Assembly (NCBI GenBank): GCA_964016885.1
Contig: OZ024742.1
Coordinates: forward strand, 241,552,001-241,616,000
DNA from: Eledone cirrhosa
Taxonomy: Eukaryota
Direction of reading: 5' to 3'
Length of the DNA: 64,000 nucleotides
Position numbers and translations under genes: made by a program. Below, in pieces: positions 56,950-64,000 of this stretch; within the stretch, counting starts at the first letter, position 1, and each line of letters begins with the position of its first letter. Under the pieces are notes generated by a model. That model had not been told where the DNA came from and did not search any database. It saw only the letters and a list, made by a program, of their open reading frames with translations.

Positions 56950-57283
56950 CAGAAGGGATATTAAATTTGTTGGTAATTCAACAAATCTAATTGTCTATAA
57001 CTGATTCAGAGCACTCGACAAGTTTTCTGGAGTATAATGATATTAAATAAATGGAAACTATATTTATAAAACCATAACCAAGGAAAATATACCTTAACGG
57101 TTCAAGTTTTCCAAGGAAAACTTGAACCGCTAAGGTATATTCTCCTTGGTTATGTCAAAATTTATAAAACACACTTCGTATTTTATCTGATGAGAGCGTA
57201 CCAAAATCTTGGTACCCTTGAAATATATATAATAGAATAAATATGGTATTTATAAATATAGTTTCCATTTATTTAATATCATT
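56950..57283 (+). mobile_element. Penelope pLTR-like repeat with an internal inverted duplication, an 82-bp hairpin and a hammerhead ribozyme
   Basis: Homologous to 63217-63487 (-) and 47978-48052 (-). Segment 57036-57076 is the inverse of 57242-57283. Hairpin at 57073-57154. Confidence 0.75.
57179..57239 (+). ncRNA. Type I minimal hammerhead ribozyme (intact-looking)
   Basis: Stem I TATTTTAT/ATAGAATA (8 bp, one G-U). Core CTGATGA at 57187-57193. Stem II GAG-c-GTACCA/TGGTAC-c-CTT. GAAA at 57220-57223. Palindromic stem III ATATATAT. Cleavage triplet AUA, cutting after 57231. Confidence 0.8.
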
Positions 57284-57284
57284 G

Positions 57285-57315
<31 letters not shown>

Positions 57316-57407
57316 ACATATATATATATATGTTGATGAACTTTTTATATATTTACGTAGATGCGACTTATGTATTTATATCATCAGAGCATAGAGTTAC
57401 GGCCCTT

Positions 57408-57532
57408 GCCATTCTGTGTTCAAATCCCGCCGAGGTTAAATTTGCTTTTCATCCTTACGGGGTTGATAAAATAAAGTACCAGTAGTGCACTGGGTAATTT
57501 GCTGGCCTTGTGCCAAAAGTAGAAAGAATTAT
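57408..57532 (+). mobile_element. SINE copy (same family) retaining a tRNA box-B-like GTTCAAATCCC
   Basis: GTTCAAATCCCGCCGAGGTTAAATTTGCTTTTCATCC...GATAAAATAAAGTACCAGT...GCTGGCCTTGTGCCAAAAGTAGAAAGAAT. Confidence 0.82.
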
Positions 57533-57745
57533 ATTTATATTTTTGGTATGAATCCCTCAAAACGTTCAACACATACAACCCCCCCCCCCCCCCAGATATA
57601 TGTGGGAATGGATGTACGTACACGTGTATATGTTTATATATATATATATATATATGTGTGGGGGGGGGGGGGTACAGAGTGTCTCAAATAATGTATACAC
57701 ACTTCAATATATGTGGAACTCTAATAAGTTATATGGCTGTTTCTA

Positions 57746-57805
<60 letters not shown>

Positions 57806-57869
57806 TATATATATAAATTAATAAAAACAATGAATAAAAACAAAGAACAAGTTCCTTATATTAAAAAAT

Positions 57870-58005
57870 TCATCATTTTACGATCGTTTCTAGGATATAT
57901 ATGTGTGTTGGTATGTATATCATATAGATCTATGTAAAAATATTACAAACCATCAGAGGAAATATACATACCTTCACATATATATGCTGTCTTCAGAAAT
58001 GATGA
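57870..58005 (-). ncRNA. Type I hammerhead ribozyme with an elongated (about 100 nt) stem II at the 3' end of the Penelope-like element
   Basis: Minus strand reads TCATCATTT-CTGAAGA-[long stem II]-GAAA-CGATCG-TA-AAATGATGA. Stem I is a perfect 9 bp, stem III is the palindrome ACGATCGT, and the cleavage triplet is GUA. Confidence 0.8.
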
Positions 58006-58248
58006 GATTTTTTTTATTGAAAAAACCCAACAAAGATTTAATATAATAGGTCTGTTTGGGAACAGGTTTAGAATTGACCAATAGAAAAGTAGTAAGAGGT
58101 CAAGTTGATAGAATAGTAATAGTAGAAATTTAATGTAAGTGTACAGGAATGCAGATTTATGTTTTGAATGGAAAGAATACTTTGAATGAAAAGAATCATT
58201 TGGGGATGAAAAGAGGTCAAGCCGGTGAAGGGTACACGAAAATTTGAT

Positions 58249-58590
58249 GTTATTAAAGAATAATGTTAAAAACGAAGGAGAGTAAAATTTTAGGGTAAGG
58301 GTATTATTAAGAAATGCCACTATTATTTAAACCACAAGGAATTTAGATCTATAACAAGAAAATAAATTAATTGATAGGTATAATTATAGGGATAAATTTA
58401 TATTAATTCATATGGATGTGATAAATAAGAATTATATGTTATTAAAGAATGTTCTTAAAAACGAAGGAAAATAAAATTTTGGGATAAGGGTAGTAGTGAG
58501 AAATAACAAACTTATATAAACTACAAGGAATCTAGATTCATAACAGAAAATTAAATTAATTTATATGTATACTTTTAGGTATTAATCTTA
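58249..58590 (-). repeat. Diverged tandem duplication (period about 190 bp) in the PLE 3' UTR
   Basis: GTTATTAAAGAAT...AAAAACGAAGGA...ACAAGGAAT.TAGAT..ATAAC occurs near 58249 and 58438. Confidence 0.8.
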
Positions 58591-58699
58591 GGAAAAGAGA
58601 GCTGTAAGAGGGAAATAAAATTATGAAGTTCTCTGTAGTAAAGTACTAATTATAGGTCAACTAAATTAAAAAAACTAATTATAATAATATGTAAAATAT

Positions 58700-59480
58700 A
58701 AGTGTAAGGTTTATAATATTTGAAGGTTCTTCTAATTCTATGATTGCAAGATATAATTAATTCTTGTCGCTTATTTAATAGGATATCCTTAGATTTAATT
58801 ATTTCAAAAAGTTCCTGGGAGCATAATCTACACTCATATCTGTTATTTTGATAAGGGGTGGCCCTTTTGAGCACACTCCAGGTCAGGTTGTAATCGATAT
58901 TCTTTTTTCTATAATTATTAATTGTTTCAGCCAAGGATGTTGTATTAGCTAATGCGGCATTTTAAAAACTATGTTTGTGGGTATTAAATCTTACTTTAAA
59001 TTGGTTAGACGTAGCTCCTATATATGAATAAGTGGAGTCCTTAGTGCTAATTTTACATTTATAGACTGTTATTAATAAGACAATTTCCTTTTAATGAGTA
59101 ATATCTTTTGTTTCTACAGTTACAACCATTCGTGAATATTATATCAGGGGAGTTAGTCAAATATGGTATGGAATTTACTCGACTTGTTATATGTGAAGGA
59201 GATGGTGGTTTGTTGCGGTATTATGGTTGGTTTGATGTGTTGGTGGTATATTCGTGTTTTTTTTTACATTTATATGCGTTGTACGCACTTATATTTTGTT
59301 GTATATTTTTGGTAGTGGAGTAGGAAAATTTGACAGTTGATCTATTTAAAATTTGATGGTATGTATGGTTTGGCGGGAAGTTTTTCTCTAGGATAGTAAA
59401 AAGATTTCTAGGGATATTATCTTTAATTTGTAGATTAAATAGAGCCAAGTAACTCGTCTATTACGGTTTCGATATTGTTT
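58700..59480 (-). pseudogene. PLE linker and GIY-YIG endonuclease domain, disrupted by frameshifts and a stop codon
   Basis: RNRRVTW / NIPRNLFTILEKNFPPNHTYHQILNRSTVKFSYS / GCNCRNK...GNCL / VYKC...YIGATSNQFKVRFNTHKHSF* ...WSVLKRATPY...CRLCSQE...LLNKRQELIISCNH. Confidence 0.9.
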
Positions 59481-59602
59481 TTTTATATTTATACGATGTA
59501 TCAGGATGTTTACTAAGAGAGTTACTATTAATGAATTTATTATATATAGGTTTAGTTAGAATAACTGATTTAGGTGTTTTAGTCTGATTATTAGGAATTT
59601 TG

Positions 59603-60330
59603 TTAGTAATGTTTATTAACATATATTGGAGTATTAGGATGAATGGTTTTTGGAAAGTTATTATATTTTTTGTGAGAAGAGGTAGAGAAATTAAGTTTTA
59701 GGTTGGTGTTTTGGGGTGTAGTGTGAGTGGCATTTAGGTGTGGGTTTTTCATTTGGTGTTTGTTGGTAATATTGGGATGTATGTTTGAAGTATTATTGGT
59801 GCAAGGTATATAGACTAATTTGTTTTTGTGACCGCTTCTAGCTAAAGCTTCGTTATAAAAGGACACATTTTTATCGAATACATCCTGGTTAGATGAAAGG
59901 TTAGAGATTCTGAGTGAGATATTATATGCTAGGTTTTTAAGGATAGATTTAGGGTGATTAGATTGTGAGTGTATGTAATGTAAGTTTTGGTTAGGTTTAT
60001 GGAAAGGTTGGTAGATACCTGTAGATAAGTCTAAAGTTATATCTAGGAAATTAACTATTTTACTGGTGTTTTCAAATGTAATAGTGAGATTGTAATAGTC
60101 TTTGAGGAAAGTTCTAATAAGTTTTTTATTTTTTTCAATTTCTGATAGGCTAAGATTAGTGGAAAGAAGAAGACAGTCATCACGATATAAACCACCTTTA
60201 AGGTGGGGAAAAGAAGAATTTATGTTAAATAGAAGAAAGAGGCCCACAAGATCGGTAATTTGGGCACAATCACTAGAGCCCATAGTAATGTCGAAGAGAT
60301 TACTATATGTATTTCTGGTCCAGTATTCCT
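59603..60330 (-). pseudogene. PLE reverse transcriptase, C-terminal part including the thumb (5'-truncated)
   Basis: FDITMGSSDCAQITDLVGLFLL...GLYRDDCL (catalytic YxDD)...VNFLDITLDL...PFHKP...YIHSQSNHP...RISNLSS are characteristic Penelope RT motifs. Confidence 0.92.
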
Positions 60331-60367
60331 TCTGAAATTCCAGTAGTGTTTGTCTATGTATGTATAT

Positions 60368-60735
<368 letters not shown>

Positions 60736-60994
60736 TATATATATATATAGAGAGAGAGTGAGAATTTGTATATTAATTTGAATTATTGATGCTCTGGACA
60801 AACATCCATTGAGCTTTTCTACTGAGAAACATAATTATCATACATATATTTGTTATGATACCTTAAGTTAGTTTATACACACACACAGACTCGCATATAT
60901 ATATGTTTATATATTGATGTACGTATTGTATATTTAATAATATACTGTATGTTTATTTTAAAACATTTTGAAATAAACAGACAGTATACATTCA

Positions 60995-61054
<60 letters not shown>

Positions 61055-61056
61055 CA

Positions 61057-61110
<54 letters not shown>

Positions 61111-61112
61111 CA

Positions 61113-61186
<74 letters not shown>

Positions 61187-61239
61187 ACAATACACATATG
61201 TATACCCCCCTCCCATATATATATATATATATTATTATT

Positions 61240-61526
61240 ATGTAATAAACAACATAAGGCAATTATTCCATTTACCAGTGGTTTCTTAAAAGCAAAAGGT
61301 TTTGCTTTCAATCCTCAGAATGAAAAATCCTGGTTTGTTTATTGAATATGGATTCTAAAAACAAAAATGCAATCTATATGAAAGTGAGGCTGGAAAAGGG
61401 AGAAGGAAAGGAAAAATAAAATAAAATAAAACTACACATGCAAACACACACAAAAAAACACAAAAGCATACTTACACACACACACATATATACACATATA
61501 ATTTGCACGCACACACATATACACAT

Positions 61527-61581
<55 letters not shown>

Positions 61582-61645
61582 GAGCGTACACCTACACACA
61601 CATACACATATATACACACATATACACATACATATATTCATACAT

Positions 61646-61680
<35 letters not shown>

Positions 61681-61707
61681 TATATATACACATGTACATA
61701 TCCATAC

Positions 61708-61745
<38 letters not shown>

Positions 61746-61771
61746 ATACATATACACATATACACACATAT

Positions 61772-61802
<31 letters not shown>

Positions 61803-62641
61803 TGTGTGTGTACAAGCCTACACATACACACACATATATATACACACACATATATACATACATTCACACAAACATACAACGTACATACATACACATACAT
61901 GAATGCACTCCACTACATATTAACACACGCAAATAAATATAAGAAAAAACTATATATAAATAATATTAACAAATATTTGACAGCGATACATGCCCCAGCT
62001 AACAGGACAGACACGCGTGGTAAGTAATACACACATAAGCACATATACATACGTTCGAAATAGTAAACACATACACACACTCTCACACATGGTCTAATAT
62101 AGACCAATCAATTGATTGGTCTATATTAGACCATTCGAGGGAGTACCAAAGGGGCACAAAGAATTGTTCTTTGTGTACCACAGAAAAGTATAGGATTTTG
62201 CTAAACTTGAGAGACACTTCCGCTTGCCTTAACTCTAAGACTGAGATCTTCAGATGCTGTCCTCATCTGAAATCGCATCTGATCTGTAACTGGATTGACA
62301 CTCCTACGATAAATCAACCGCCTTGAACTCCTTCTCTGCTCTTTACTTTTGCTACGGCTTTTATTTTGCTGCTTCTACCTTCTGTACTCTTGTATTTTTA
62401 AAAAAAAATTTTCTCCCTTACCTCCCCTTATATTTTTACCTCCTCTTAGCCCTCCCCCCATATATTCTTTTTGTTTTGCCCTTCACATACCTATGTGTAT
62501 GTGTATGTATTTGTGTGTGTATATATGTATATGTGTACGTATATGTTTGTGTATGTATATATATGTGTATGTATGTATGTATATGTATGTATGTATGTGT
62601 ATATATGTGTATGTATATATGTCTGTATATATATATATATA

Positions 62642-62691
<50 letters not shown>

Positions 62692-62860
62692 CGTGTCTGT
62701 ATGTGTGTATATATTAGTATATTTGTGTGTGTATATGTATGTATATGTGGATAAACCAGGGCTTTTTTTCATTCTGAAGATTGAAGGAAACTTTTTTTGC
62801 TTTTAAGAAACCTCTGGTGAATGGATTAATTGCCTTGTATGGCTTTATTACTTTACTACT
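61240..62860. repeat. Two diverged, oppositely oriented copies (61240-61345 and 62750-62860) of an interspersed repeat of about 110 bp
   Basis: AAACCAGG.TTTTTCATTCTGA.GATTGAA...TTTGCTTTTAAGAAACC.CTGGT.AATGGA.TAATTGCCTT is shared. Confidence 0.75.
62089..62134. repeat. Perfect 46-bp palindrome at the inner edge of the left arm
   Basis: ATGGTCTAATATAGACCAATCAA|TTGATTGGTCTATATTAGACCAT. Confidence 0.92.
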
Positions 62861-62969
62861 ATATATACGTTTATGTAAGGTTCATTTGTCTTATCTAATA
62901 CTGAGCTTTACACATACACACACATGTATATGTGTGTGTGTATGTGTATGCATATGTGTATGTGTACGT

Positions 62970-63015
<46 letters not shown>

Positions 63016-63181
63016 GTGTGTATATATGTATATGTATATGTATGTATGTATATATGTATATGTATGTGTATGTATGTATATGTTGCGTGTGTTTTTATTT
63101 ATTTTTATGTATGTGTGGGTTTGTGTGTGGGGGTGTGTGGGGGTGTATATATGTGTGTGCGTTTATATTTTTATATTTTTG

Positions 63182-63216
<35 letters not shown>

Positions 63217-63217
<1 letters not shown>

Positions 63218-63487
63218 ATTAAATAAATGGAAAACTATATTTATAAAACCATATCTATTTCATCATATATATTTCGGGGATATCATATTAACAATATGCT
63301 ATGCCTTCATCAGACAAAATACAATATAAACAGTTTTATAGATAAATATATTCGACATACCGTAATAAACATCAACTTCATTTGAAGAGGTTTACTCTAG
63401 TAAATATACTCCAAATATTTGTCGAGTGCTTTTATATCAGTTATAAATATTTACTAGTTGTAACCCAACAATTTTAAATATAACTTT
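63217..63487 (-). mobile_element. Penelope pLTR-like repeat, diverged homologue of 56950-57283
   Basis: Shares TATTAAATAAATGGAAAACTATATTTATAAAACCATA and AGCACTCGACAA...TGGAGTATA, and has a hammerhead at the equivalent position. Confidence 0.75.
63256..63321 (-). ncRNA. Type I hammerhead ribozyme, probably inactivated (AUG cleavage triplet)
   Basis: TATTTTGT-CTGATGA-[stem II CATATT/AATATG]-GAAA-TATATA-TG-ATGAAATA. Stem I is 8 bp with 2 G-U pairs. Confidence 0.65.
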
Positions 63488-63967
63488 ACATATATATATA
63501 TATATATATATATGTATATGTGTGTGTATATAATTACATATACATGTGTGTGTTTATATTGTATACGTGTACGTGTTTGCGTATGTATGTGTATGTACGT
63601 GTTTATGTATTTGTATATGTATATTTATGTGTGAGAGTGTGTGTATGTGTTTACTATTTCGAACGTATGTATATGTGCTTATGTGTGTATTACTTACCAC
63701 GCGTGTCTGTCCTGTTAGCTGGGGCATGTATCGCTGTCAAATATTTGTTAATATTATTTATATATATTTTTTTCTTATATTTATTTGCGTGTGTTAATAT
63801 GTAGTGGAGTGCATTCATGTATGTGTATGTATGTACGTTGTATGTTTGTGTGAATGTATGTATATATGTGTGTGTATATATATGTGTGTGTGTATGTGTA
63901 GGCTTGTACACACACATGTGTGTGTGTGTGTGTGTGTATGTATATGTGTGTATATGTGTATATGTAT

Positions 63968-64000
<33 letters not shown>

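Larger units (their letters stand above)
57820..60335 (-). mobile_element. 5'-truncated Penelope-like retroelement (PLE)
   Basis: RT C-terminal half, linker, GIY-YIG domain, T-rich 3' UTR and terminal hammerhead are collinear on the minus strand. Confidence 0.93.
61710..64000. repeat. Recent long inverted duplication with arms at about 61710-62090 and 63627-64000 (runs off the window)
   Basis: The arms are near-exact reverse complements over about 370 bp, including GACAGCGATACATGCCCCAGCTAACAGGACAGACACGCGTGG. Confidence 0.9.

Noticed and set aside
57340-57400. CTGATGA on the minus strand near 57381-57387
   Set aside because: No GAAA and no stem I partner.
57412-57435. tRNA gene suggested by GTTCAAATCCC
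   Set aside because: There is no cloverleaf. It is the tRNA-derived head remnant of a SINE.
62770-62800. CTGAAGA-TTGAAG-GAAAC as a hammerhead
   Set aside because: No stem II or stem I pairing, and the homologous copy near 61310 lacks the GAAA in register.

Overview
Eukaryotic, gene-free, repeat-dominated window. Its SINE and microsatellite content resembles octopus/cephalopod DNA (recognition from memory, not a search). Bases 1-44351 are one uninterrupted 25-bp satellite (consensus GGAACTCCAAGCCACCAACAGAAAT, about 1770 monomers) organised in nested higher-order duplications of about 650, 1500, 1725, 1824, 2200, 3325, 3449 and 5426 bp. All ORFs there are translation artefacts of a stop-free monomer. 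The array ends abruptly about 350 bp upstream of a decayed LINE APE-endonuclease region. The remaining 20 kb is (TA)n/(CA)n/(TAGA)n-rich and holds a 5'-truncated, disrupted Penelope-like element (RT + GIY-YIG, minus strand), SINE copies, RTE-like and other LINE 3' ends, and many long inverted repeats. The most notable signal is a cluster of at least 7 type I minimal hammerhead-ribozyme motifs with palindromic stem III. They include an intact-looking one with a roughly 100-nt stem II at the PLE 3' end, an intact-looking compact one, and two unrelated loci with the compensatory U3-A8 core (UUGANAA). Several sit inside fold-back palindromes, which suggests non-autonomous, ribozyme-bearing fold-back Penelope derivatives.
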